Assembly: GCF_030684315.1 (NCBI RefSeq)
Contig: NC_081384.1
Span: 4,073,829 to 4,137,828 of the forward strand
Length of the DNA: 64,000 nt
Origin: Stegostoma tigrinum
Taxonomy: Eukaryota
Reading direction: 5' to 3'
Shown here: in pieces, positions 1 through 10,886 of the stretch
Numbering within the stretch: position 1 is the first letter of the stretch
How the letters are laid out: each line of letters begins with the position of its first letter
Program-made: the position numbers and the translations under genes
Notes under the pieces: generated by a model
What the model was told of the DNA's origin: nothing
The model's input: only the letters and a program-made list of their open reading frames with translations
Database searches by the model: none

Positions 1-2107
1 TGTGCCTAAAAGATGAAGGGTAGAGCAATAAATGAACAGATTAATTGAAGGAGCCACAGACAAAGGGGGAGCGGGGTGGAAAGTTAAGAAATGACTTGAT
101 GTTGTAAGCAGTTCAAGGTTTATTTGAAATAATTCCGAAAGAAAACTTGGTATTTTAAGATGGAGTTGAACAAAGCTAAGGAAGAAGTGTAAGTAAAAAT
201 TGGTAGGAGAATAATTAGCAGACGGTGATAGTGTTTTGTGTTTCACGCACACACGGCGCCATTTTGAGGATGCATAAGGCAGTCCTTGCGATCCTGATAT
301 TTGCAACATTTTCTGTGGAGCATTTCCGAGGCTGTACCAAATTCCTGCCTTTCTTGGGAAATACCATGACTAGGCAAATGCGTAATATGATTTATTTTTT
401 ATGTCACTCCGATTGATTTCTCAAGATGACCCCCCTCATTCACAAAGCAGCTTGATGCATGAGTTTAAGCAAAAAAAATTACATCTTGTAAATAAACCTC
501 CCTTGGCAGAGCGAAGAGGGCGGGGGTTAGGGGCGAAAAAGTGGAGCACCATTGCGAATAAAGATGAAATCTTGATCGATGTTGTTAGTTATTTTCTGGC
601 CATTTGCACAAAGCCTTTTCCTCTCGCTCTTTGTCAAGCAACGTTTTCCACATCTTCAGCTTAGTTTGGCCGCCATCTCTTGTACTGCCTCAGCTGTTCT
701 TCTGGCTTTCGTTTCTAGTTTTATTTCTAAATTTGACATCTAGTGCTCCAAAGTTTACGTTTTAATTTCCTCGCCATCTTTCCCTCTCGCTATGAGTTTC
801 ATCGCGATACTGTTAAACATCAGTGTGAACGTGGCAATTGCACCGAAGCCATTCAATCCCAGACACGTCGGTACCCCCGAGATTGGAGTCACTTTAGTGT
901 CAGTTCCAGCTCAATAAATAAAGACTTAGGCAAGGGAAGGATACCCGGCTGCAAAGAACATCCCCCCCCCCCCCGTCACAAAAACAACGCTGGTTGATTC
1001 GAAAGGTGAGTAGCATTGAGGCCATTCTATTCAACATAGGATAGCTTGATAGGGAAAGGATATTAAAAAATAGCGCATCGCACGAGCTAAATGGAAATTC
1101 AAGAAACCCCATAGCTGATTTAACAGTGAAACTTAAAAATGCCTCCATTCTGTCAAAGCAAAGAAGCAAATCCATTTGGACGGATAAACCCGGAATCACT
1201 CTGACTCTCCCTCCCCCAACACCGACCTCATGTGTTTATAATGTGTCTTTTGTGTGTCTTTACATTTTAATGTCCTCTTTTATCTTCTAAAATAATTCAG
1301 TTGTTTAAGTTACATTTTAAATGATCATTCTGCACAATAAAATCAATTTCAACACAAGGTGACCACTCTGCCCATCAAGCCTATAATAGTTCATGCTCCA
1401 GGTTGGCGATATCTACCAAAGCCAAGTCCCCTCATCAGTTACTTCTTCAGGTAGTTTTCTGTTGAATTGCTTTGTAACTTTAGAAGGTTGAGTGTTTTGT
1501 TTTCCCAGAAACTGGCGGAATCAGGGGGCTGGAAGCCTCACCTCTCTGAGCTTGACTGGGGACTTCATCACTTCGATCCACAAATGGGTGGGGGCGGGGA
1601 CAGAACGTTAAAAACAGAGAAATTACATTAGCAATCTAAAATACGATTAGCTTTTAAAAATTTCATTTGGTCTACTGATTTCACTGAACCATCTCCAAGC
1701 GTATGACGACCCTTATATAATATACAACACATATCAATTGAGTGAACACCTTGTTTAGAGAGGAATTTGAAGGATGATAAAACATTTGGTTATCTATTCT
1801 GTTTGCTGCTTAAAGGGATTTTTTTCGTACAGCACCTAGATTATATAACATATAACACCTGCCATTTTACTATCCCAGATCTGGCGTGACCGATTCGCGT
1901 AGGTACCTTCTGGTAGATATTAATACTATGATTTACTTATTTCAAACACACGCGTTTTACGTATTTTTTGTCAGTTTACAGCGAACATTTTCTGCCTGCG
2001 CTATTTCTGATCTAATTCTTGATGCAAATATTTCGAAAATAATGGTATTAACGCTAACAGTCACCTTGAAACACAGAGAGTAAAGGTTCACTAAAGAATT
2101 AAGTCAT

Positions 2108-2113
2108 TTTATT
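2108..2113 (-). terminator. Candidate poly(A) signal for HoxB2
   Basis: AATAAA on the minus strand about 430 nt after the stop. Confidence 0.5.
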
Positions 2114-2539
2114 TAAACTATGAAAATAATGTACAATAAATAATTTAAAATTCACTTATAATAAATAGGCTACCGCTAAAACATAGAGTAAATCATCACA
2201 GTTTTTTGGGACCCGTAAGGTAAAACAGTTTTGCTATAAATACAATCCCCGTATATGTATTCCTGAGTTAGCGAATAAGGGGAAATCTGCATTTTTTTTC
2301 AACGTTTCAACATTACTTAGGAAACTGAAACTGAATAAAACTATCTGTTTAAATACCTGTTGAAAAAAGACTGCAACTCTTGTAGATTCCGGGTCAAGGC
2401 CGATGGATAAATTATTTACTGTGAGATCAATTCTATATTTTTCTTTAATATTCCACATTATTGTAATTTAAATAGGAAATACCGAACATATTATTAAACA
2501 AGGCTGCATTTCTACATGGGCCCTAAAGCTTGCGAATTG

Positions 2540-3255
2540 CTACTGATTCTTAAGGTGCTGCAAGTCTATTGTGCACAGAGCGCTGGTGAAAACATCAAAA
2601 CTGTCCTCGTGAATATCCATAGGACTGTCGGTGGAACCCTGCAAGCTGGGAGATAATCCATCAGAGAACGGCAGATAGGAATCCGAAGAAAACAGGTTTA
2701 ATTCTGCTAGGGAGACCAATTCAAGGGCCTCTGTACTAAGAGTGTCCAAACCCGAGCTACAAGTCTGGCCTATTGTAAACCCGTTTTCAGCACTGGCTGT
2801 CAGATAGAAGGGGCTCTTAGGTTTTCCGTCGCTACCGCATACAGCCAGATCCTGCAGGTTTTGGAGTTCTTTGTTAAGTGTGTGTTGAATTTGCTTTCTT
2901 GCTTGTTCCGTGCAGTTTTTACTGTCTATATAGGTTCCTGATGCTTCCACGGTTCGGCTGAACAGCGACGACTCCTCGCCTTTGTCTTTTGGAAGCGAAC
3001 TGATAGAAAACCTAACTTCCCCCTCTTGATTTTCTTTATACTGTGCTTGCTTCTTGTGCTTCATGCGTCGGTTCTGAAACCACACTTTAACTTGCCTCTC
3101 GGTCAGGTCAAGAAGGGCCGCGATCTCCACTCTGCGTGGCCTGCACAAATATTTGTTGAAGTGAAATTCTTTCTCTAGTTCCAAGAGTTGCGTGTTCGTG
3201 TACGCTGTCCTGAGTCTCCGGGAGCTGTTGCTGATTTCCTGTTCACACTGGCCTT
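2540..3255 (-). CDS. HOXB2: HoxB2 coding exon 2 (homeodomain)
   Basis: Acceptor GGTAG| at 3256-3257 gives [69 protein letters not shown]-terminal TIDLQHL motif; TAG stop at 2540-2542. Confidence 0.95.
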
Positions 3256-3869
3256 CTACCCAGAGATGTGTAACGAGAGAAAGCGAGAAAGAAAGAACGT
3301 GAGGAGAAGTGAAAGTGAATGTTTAACATGCACATTGAAAAGAATTGCGATAGCTTCTATTGGGCAGAAGCCATTCTTTCACAAGTTAGATTGAAACTAG
3401 CCTTGTGAAAGCTTCTTTCCTGCAAGCGTCGATAAGATGCTTTGCACTTTACATAAATAACCTCAACATTGACACATTCGTGCAGCAGAACCGATGCTTT
3501 CCCTTTCTCGAGTTGCTGGAGCTTTATAAGAGTTTGAGCAACATGGCCGCCGAGAACAAAAATATCAGAATCTACTATATCTCGAAATACTTTGGCAACA
3601 TTACTCGCGTATTGAAACAACATCACATAAATGATTGCAATGAATAGGCATTTTAATACCAAGTGCTGGATCCTTCAGACAATTAGAAATGCTTTTCATA
3701 AATTAAGCAGCAACAAATTCCAGACTAATCTATGCTTTGTTGCATGTTGTCATCTACCTTCTAATTGGTATAGATACCATACGCTAAAGTTTGAGTTTTG
3801 TAAATTAGATGTTTTGAAAAACATTGCTTATCTAAACGATGCAGAGAAAGTCTGGGCTTTGGGGCAGAC

Positions 3870-4227
3870 CTGTCGGAGACTCCGCCGTCTGAGAGGACCC
3901 AGGGACCGGAGCTGACAATGACAGAAGTGTCTCGTTTTTTTTCGACTTTTTCTCTTTCATCCACGGGAACTCGGCCGCCGCAGCAGATGGGAATAGGCCA
4001 TTTGGAGGCCGCTTTTCGCGACTTGGCCGCGGCTGGTTGCTGCTGGGATTCAAGCTCGGGATAGTCTGCTCAAAAGGAGGAGGAATTAGTGTCGAGTGTG
4101 AAAGCGTCGAGTTCTTGATTGATGAACTTTGAAATGTATCAGCGACAGCAGGGAAGGACGTCAGGCATTCGGCAAGCGAAGGCTGGCTGTTAATAAAACC
4201 TATCTCTCGCTCCAATTCGAAATTCAT
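3870..4227 (-). CDS. HOXB2: HoxB2 coding exon 1 (spliced protein 357 aa)
   Basis: [26 protein letters not shown] paralogue-group-2 N-terminus and EFPWMKEKK hexapeptide. Donor ACAG|GTCTGC at 3869, phase 1 (358 nt). Confidence 0.93.
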
Positions 4228-4369
4228 GGCCTTCGTAATCCCAAATGGAAAAAAAAGTTATGAATATCGAGAAAAATAATATTTTCAGGCTTTAATTCTG
4301 TATCTCTGATATTACAAGGCGTATGGAGACCGACTCTATTAAACTGCGGACTAGATTGAAATTGGACCA

Positions 4370-4410
4370 AATTCGTTGTCACATGATTGGCGTTGCCCAA
4401 TAGCAATTTG
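4370..4410 (-). promoter_or_regulatory. HoxB2 proximal promoter (E-box and CCAAT boxes)
   Basis: GTCACATG E-box followed by ATTGG and CCAAT, about 150 bp upstream of the ATG. The same E-box/CCAAT pairing recurs at HoxB4 and HoxB7. Confidence 0.6.
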
Positions 4411-5288
4411 TTGTCTATGAAAAGAAATCATTATCTCTGCAATTGATCCAAAAAGTGAAGAAGCAAATTATTCCACTTTATTTTACCGTCAGAATTTAAA
4501 AATTGACTTCAGAATTTTTGAAATCATTCTCGTGACATTTCTTCGTTTTTAAGAAGCCTGAAAATTGATTTTTGCAGAAGAATTCTGCCAATTAGAGTAT
4601 TTTGCAATTCAAGTGAAGACGATTTGCACCTAAAATCTGGCGGCTTGAGTAATTAACAAGGTACCTCATTAATCTTCAAAGTTTTGACAAGAGGGCCAGT
4701 AACAAAATAGAACTTTCACAAGATCAGCCACGCAGTTGCAATTTGCCTGTAGGAAAGTTCTAAACCCTTCAAATGGTTGTATCATTGGACACAATTCACT
4801 AAATGTGCTTTTTCTAATTATCGAACGGAAATAAATGCTATTACAGTAGTTTTACAAAGCAGTGAAGAGGGTTCTGAAATCAGGTAAGTATCCGATTTTA
4901 ATTTGAGGAAGCCTTGAAAATATGACAAAGTATTAAATAACTATTTTAACTCATTTGATCTATATCCAGAAGAAAGTTATTGCAACCGTTTTTTTAAAAT
5001 CAATTTATTTATCCATCGATCCATTAATTCCTCTATCCCTATGCAACCTTTTTAAACAGTCTTTTTTGGGGGTATTTTAAATTGTTTTGATCCAAAGGCT
5101 TACTTAGAAGTATGCAAGTTAATTGAAAACTTACTTTCCCTGTTTACTTGTTTAGCAAAAGCTCGAGGCTGTGTAAAATTGAGACATCCTTATTTTTGAA
5201 AAAGTTGTTGCAAAGTGTAGCTAGCGTGAGAGCTACAACAGAATTTTTTGTTTAAAAACTGAGTCCAAGAAGGAACTGAAGGCAGCCT

Positions 5289-5321
5289 CGATCAATCTTT
5301 TCCCACAGAAGAGCTTGACAG
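5289..5321 (-). promoter_or_regulatory. HoxB2 rhombomere-4 enhancer (Hox/Pbx plus Prep/Meis site)
   Basis: Minus strand AGATTGATCG (5289-5298) matches the Hoxb1/Pbx site of the mouse Hoxb2 r4 enhancer as I recall it, with CTGTCA (5316-5321) upstream. Confidence 0.8.
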
Positions 5322-5604
5322 CTAAGCCTTGGGAGCAAACACTGAAGAATTCGTCTTCCCATATCAATTGCCAGGAAGCGAGATTAGCCTTCCTTTTTGA
5401 CCATCTTTCTTAAAGCAAAGGTGAAATGGGTTTATTTTAAAATAAAACGTCCCAAACACAGAGATAAGTCGTGAAGCATTGACTTAAAGAGAACCAAGAC
5501 ACTACAAGTGCAAACATATAGTTACAGGACAACACTTCTAAGTTTTGAAGAGAAAAAGTACAAAACATTGCGTTGACTCATTTTGTAACTCTTCGTGGCA
5601 AAAC

Positions 5605-5680
5605 ATTGTGTGGGACGTGTAAATGACTTCATACAATGGGGACCTAGAAACCTTTGTTTGTCAAAAAGTGTGTGGGTGCA
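5605..5680 (-). promoter_or_regulatory. HoxB2 rhombomere-3/5 enhancer (Krox20/Egr2 plus Box1-like motif)
   Basis: Minus strand CACCCACAC (Krox20-type) next to TGACAAACAAAG (Box1/BoxA-like). A second TGTGTGGGA at about 5607. Position just upstream of the r4 element fits Hoxb2/Hoxa2. Confidence 0.7.
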
Positions 5681-7937
5681 AGTGTTTAAGTGCGGGCCCC
5701 GCCGGGCCTCTGCAATACTAAAACAATTCAGAACAGAAGAAGTCTATCTCTATATCTGCTCGAAAGTTATGTCAACGTTAGGATTTTAATTATTTTTTTA
5801 AACACGTTTTATCCAGCTACTAAAATTATCAACAGTTTTAACTGTTCAACACTGGTTCACTGAGTGAGAAGCTTGACCGGTAGATTTGACTTAGGAATAA
5901 TTGGTTAAAAAGTGACGTGAGAAAAGCCTGTATGGAACATGGCGTGTGATTTTGTTTTGAATTGATAGCAGCGGATTTATTTTCATCGTGCGCGTGTCTT
6001 AAAATTATATCTTTTATTCATAGTTCTAAAAATCTTTGCTGTTTGAAATGTTATAAAGGAAAAGGATTTACGAGTTAAATGCGATAAAGTTAAATATTGT
6101 TTTGCTGTGGTTTTGGACTCCGGCCCTCTCTAACTCTACACGTATTTAATCGATTGCAATGTAAACAGTGGAATAAAATTCTTGGCGCTGGAAAACAAAT
6201 TTATGATATATTAAATAGAAGTTGATACAAAGATTATTGCGGTGAATTAAATAGAACCCAATGGTGCCAAAAATAAATTGGCTTCGAGTTGATCATGGTT
6301 TTATTTTCACTTGCGCGCTGAAGAACGCGAAATAATTGAAGTTCTTCTAAAGATCGCCGTCACAAGCAAAATGTATTTAAGCGTTTTGTTCGGGGGATGT
6401 TTTCATTTGGGCGGCGAGAGGTCGAAAATCGAACAATATGGCGCCGAATCGTTTTAGCTCTGGTTGACATCAGCTGCAAAATTGTATTTGGAAAACCCTG
6501 GAGAATTGTTATACGATCTCAGGAAAACTTTCACACAGATCCGTGGCTTTTAAACGATCCATATCGCTATGCATATGATTAGGAACTGATTGAACATTGA
6601 CTTTCATGTTGATTTCACAAGTACAGAAAACTAAATTTCTTTTTAAATTCAAGTTTAGTGAAAATCAAAGGTCAAATTATTAGGATTGCGATGTAAAATG
6701 GAGACGATTAGTTAACGAAGTACTGACCATGATTATTAATACTTTTGCATTGGTTTAAGAAATTATGACTGGTGCCTACTGTAACTCTCGTTGATCATTT
6801 TTAGCTACTGCTGCAGAAATAAGAATATCTGTGAACTTGTCTATAAAATAACGCAAATTAAGTATTTTACTATAATATTCCATAATTTACTTGACCAAGG
6901 AAGAAATGTTACCTTTATTACTTGAAGAATTAGTGTACCGATGATAGCCTTGTTAGAAGCAAATGTGTTTTTTATATGATTAGATAACCAATATCACTCT
7001 GTGCTTTTCTTTCCCTAGATCTCTGATAGGTTAAGGCTATTGTTATGATGTGTGATTATGACTATAGTGTTTGAAGTGGTTACTACAAAACGCTTGTATG
7101 TACTGTTTTAGGGCAGGGAGCACCTAATAAATTGAATTTTAAAAAGTGCAATGGAAGTTTTGTTAGAACAATGAACTTCTCAGCTATTTTCATTCTGCAG
7201 TTTAGTATCAAAAGCTGAATAATTGGGCTATCAAATTACATTTTCATGGTGGTAAATGTTATTTTCTCAATTATTTGCTAGGCTTTAGAGTTTACAGAAA
7301 TCTTGAAATTAAAATCCATCCTCAGACACAGTCGAGTCTCATAAGATCACTTTATCAAATTAATTGATTGCCAGACCAAGGGAAAAAAATCTCATTTGGA
7401 ATGGAATGAACTGGAAATGTGTGTGTACTTTGGCAGCCTGCTCATGCTTTGGTCTTTGTTTCTCTTGCAGATCCAATGACTGGTTTGCCCAGACAGCACG
7501 TGGTGTCTCCTTACACCGGATGGAAACTTTTTACCCCTTAATTCCTGAATGTTTGTGTAAGTCTCTGGACCTTGTTTGGTAATAAAGACATTTACAAGCT
7601 GGAAAAGTGCTTCATTCTTTAGCTTTGTAAGAGGCCTTATCTGAGAGCTCTCTCCTTTGCACAAATCCCCTCCCCCACATTAGTATTAAAATAGACAAGA
7701 CGTGTAAGTTATTGGGCAATAAACTATATACGAGGCTGTGCTGGTACCAGTGTGCGAAATATTTGTGTGGGAGAATGCAGACAAAAAGCTTAAAATGTAC
7801 GATTTGAACAGTTTTGCAATCACAGTTGTCTATTTCTGAAACAGGCACTAATGTAAACAGCCTATTAATTGGTTTGATGCTTGCATTATATTTGTATTTG
7901 ATACATAAACCGTACAACAAATTCTGTTAACAGGAGA

Positions 7938-7943
7938 TTTATT
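7938..7943 (-). terminator. Candidate poly(A) signal for HoxB3
   Basis: AATAAA on the minus strand about 910 nt after the stop, followed by a GT/T-rich stretch. Confidence 0.5.
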
Positions 7944-8528
7944 CCAGAATTGCTTGACAGACAACTCTTAGCAAGGAAAATAACTACGAAGAAGGCAAGG
8001 AGTGTCAGAAAAGGAGGATTTGCTATAATTTTCTAAATCATGACTATACAATTACTGCCCAATTCTGTTCCCATGCCTTCAATATAACTACAATATTTGT
8101 AGGTACAATGGTAGCAGAAAACTACTTTCTCGTTCTAGTTTACATTAACTAAAATAAACTTGTTTACAGTGACATGAATACAACTGTGTCGACAGGTAAA
8201 TACTAAAAAGTACAGATTTTAATTTTTTATATAAATACGTATTGTTGGGGATAAATAATACAAAAAAGAAGAAATATTTTCCTGGCATAATCAATAAATA
8301 TATCTGCATGTTCACCAGAATAGACACATATTGAAAGACGCACCAGCTACTCAGTCTTAAGATTCCTTCAAGGCCGGGTTGGAGTTGCTTGCCTCTTATG
8401 AGTTGTTTCACTCATTGAAATGTAAACAATAAGTGCAATACAGGTGTCCAAAGTAAATTCAGCATCAGCAAATACCCAAAGTGTCTTCACTTTTGCTTTT
8501 TTTTCAAAGGACAGAAGATTTGTTCATT

Positions 8529-8536
8529 TACCCTGT
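8529..8536 (-). promoter_or_regulatory. miR-10 8mer seed site in the HoxB3 3'UTR
   Basis: mRNA ACAGGGUA about 320 nt after the stop, complementary to the seed of the mir-10 encoded in this window. Confidence 0.7.
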
Positions 8537-8852
8537 TTCACGTTGAGTCCAAAAAATAAATGTACAACCTTTAGGATTTTGCATTACAAATTTTAATGAA
8601 CCCTAAAGATTGTAATGGAGAGGGGAGGATGGTAAGGGTGGGGGTGGGGTGAAAGGACAGTGGAATGCAGTTGGTATACTCTATATAGGAGGGCTTAGTC
8701 TGTGAAGGGATAACATAAGCAACATATATTAATACAAGTCAGTATACATGATTGAAAAAACATCAATAAGGAGTGGGTCAAAAATCTATCATGAGATAAG
8801 GAAAGGGTAACTTGTTGTTTACTTCTCTCAGTAAAGCTCCTGCTTGGGCCTG

Positions 8853-9622
8853 CTACAGATGGGTCAGCTTTGGAGCTTCCTGAATTCTTCCCTGAGAAGG
8901 ATGATGCGATGTAAGATCTGTGTAGGTTGGATGTGGGTCACAAGGTCCATGGTGCTGATTGGGAGTCATCTGAGCACCACCGTTGTAGTCCATGTTTGAA
9001 GATGCAGGGTGAGAAAGATGATTGAGGCCGAAGAGAGAAGGCCCTGAAGTGGACATAGAATCCACATAGTTCCCGCCAACGTATACAGGGCTACCCTGCA
9101 AATTTGGTGTCCCATAGTTCCCATTCCCCTGTAGCGAATGGGGATCGTACTCAGGAGCTGTCCCAGGATATCTTTTCTGTTGCTGAGCTGGGCAACCTTT
9201 CATCGGGTTTTGGTAACTTGTGGTCATAGCATAAGCGTTCTGATGAGGTTTATTGAAAGGCGGCGGTGAAGGGGCGTCATAGGCAGAGTTGTTCGAAAGC
9301 GGATGCATGGCGTTGACAAATCCAGTAGGGGCCTGGACGGGAAGCGGGGGGCTTCCCGTGGGCGATTGTCCTCCGGAAGAACTCACCATGCCTTTCGTTT
9401 TTTGATCCTTTTTGTACTTCATTCGGCGGTTCTGAAACCAGATCTTGATCTGTCGTTCACTGAGGTTCAGCAGGTTCGCCATTTCCACTCGGCGAGGTCT
9501 GCAAAGGTAACGGTTAAAATGGAATTCCTTCTCCAGTTCCACCAACTGCGCGCTGGTATAGGCAGTGCGCGCTCGCTTCGAGGCAGAACCCGGCGGGCTT
9601 TTGTCCCCACTGACATTTTCAG
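8853..9622 (-). CDS. HOXB3: HoxB3 last coding exon (homeodomain)
   Basis: Acceptor CTCACAG| then [74 protein letters not shown]. Paralogue-group-3 C-terminus [13 protein letters not shown]. Confidence 0.96.
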
Positions 9623-10471
9623 CTGTGAGCAATAACATAAAGATAATCACCTCTTAAAAGTGCACCGATCTGAACAAGAAAATTCTCCACATAAATTTAA
9701 TAAGTCTTGAAAGAAAAACAGAGTCCTCCCTTTTAACACATCAAGGCCTATCATTTCATATTAAACATTATTAAAAGTTCTATACCCCCAACACCAGAAA
9801 TATGTCAGATCCCCAGAGCTCAGAAAATTGAATCATAATCACATTGACACAATGTTTAGAACAATATATTCCACAATTGAAGTGATACGCTTAAGAGGAC
9901 AGGGCAAATGCTGATTTGGAATGTAACCAACCTAATTATATTATTATGACCCATTCAAAAGCAGGTTTAGAATGGAAAACTGCAAGATACGATTTGATTA
10001 ATATTGCAGTTTTTAGTAAGAACATTAGTAAAAGCTGCGTTTGTATTTATAGGTTTGCAGCATTTTTGTAATTACTTGCAGTTTATTACTTCACTTTTTG
10101 ATGTCTTGTCAACTTTCTGACTTCACAGTCAACCAGTACGTGACCTTTCTGCATTCTGGGCTGTTTAGGAGCAGCAGCGCAGTTTGCATATTTATTGCAT
10201 TAAATGGTAAAACATTTTTCAGTTTCAAATCAACATAATTATTTCAGAACTGACCGAAATGGCGGAAGGTTGTGGGGGTGGGGGAGGTTGCTGAGGGCAA
10301 TAATCTTAAATTTTAACAGTGGGCCATCAAAGTGTTAACGATGTACAGCCAAAAGCTTTACGTGGCGCAGATATTTGAAATTCGTGTTTTTAATGCTCTG
10401 ATTTAAATAACAGTGCAGACTTTTAATTTGATGCTCGGATTCCTAAAACTGCAAAAAGAATGTTGGTGTAC

Positions 10472-10886
10472 CTGTGCTGGGGCAGTTGTTATTTTTTTGC
10501 TTGGAGTTTTGCCGTGACTCTTTCATCCACGGGAATATCTGCTTGGTGAGGCTGGGAGTGGACGTGTGAGAAGACTTGGGCAGAGTCTTGCTGGTACCTG
10601 GCTGTGTCGAGTTGCTGCTGGGGTTTTGAGGGGGTGAGACAGGTGGAGGTTGGCGATGCTCGGGGAGATTCGAACGCATGCAGCTCCCATTGATGTCTTT
10701 AGATTTGGGATGCGGAACACTAGTGCCAGCTGGCTGAAGGGAACAGGCCGACCTCTGAAAATCACTTTCAACGTGAGAAGATGGTGGATAGGGTTCCTGC
10801 GCCACTTCATAGCTGAAGCCATTTGCTCCCTGGTATGTGTATCCACTGAATAGAGTACAGTTGTCGTAGTATGTCGTTTTTTGCAT
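10472..10886 (-). CDS. HOXB3: HoxB3 first coding exon (spliced protein 394 aa)
   Basis: ATG at 10886 starts MQKTTYYDN; [12 protein letters not shown] hexapeptide; donor ACAG|GTACAC, phase 1. The exon probably begins at acceptor CCTTAG| (exon start 11002), upstream of the ATG. Confidence 0.94.

Noticed and set aside
668-690. CTCF-like ACAAGAGATGGCGGC
   Set aside because: The 5' half mismatches the core; better explained as a YY1-type motif.
1448-1500. Possible degenerate mir-196 gene on the plus strand
   Set aside because: No complementary 3p arm follows, so no hairpin. Treated as a target site instead.
4881-4889. Perfect plus-strand donor CAG|GTAAGT upstream of HoxB2 (possible antisense lncRNA exon)
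   Set aside because: A single 9-mer can arise by chance in 64 kb and there is no other support.
9303-9635. 110-aa plus-strand ORF; similar ORFs at 3188-3394, 56185-56424 and 60660-61025
   Set aside because: Antisense shadows of, or overlaps with, Hox coding exons; no independent domain signal.
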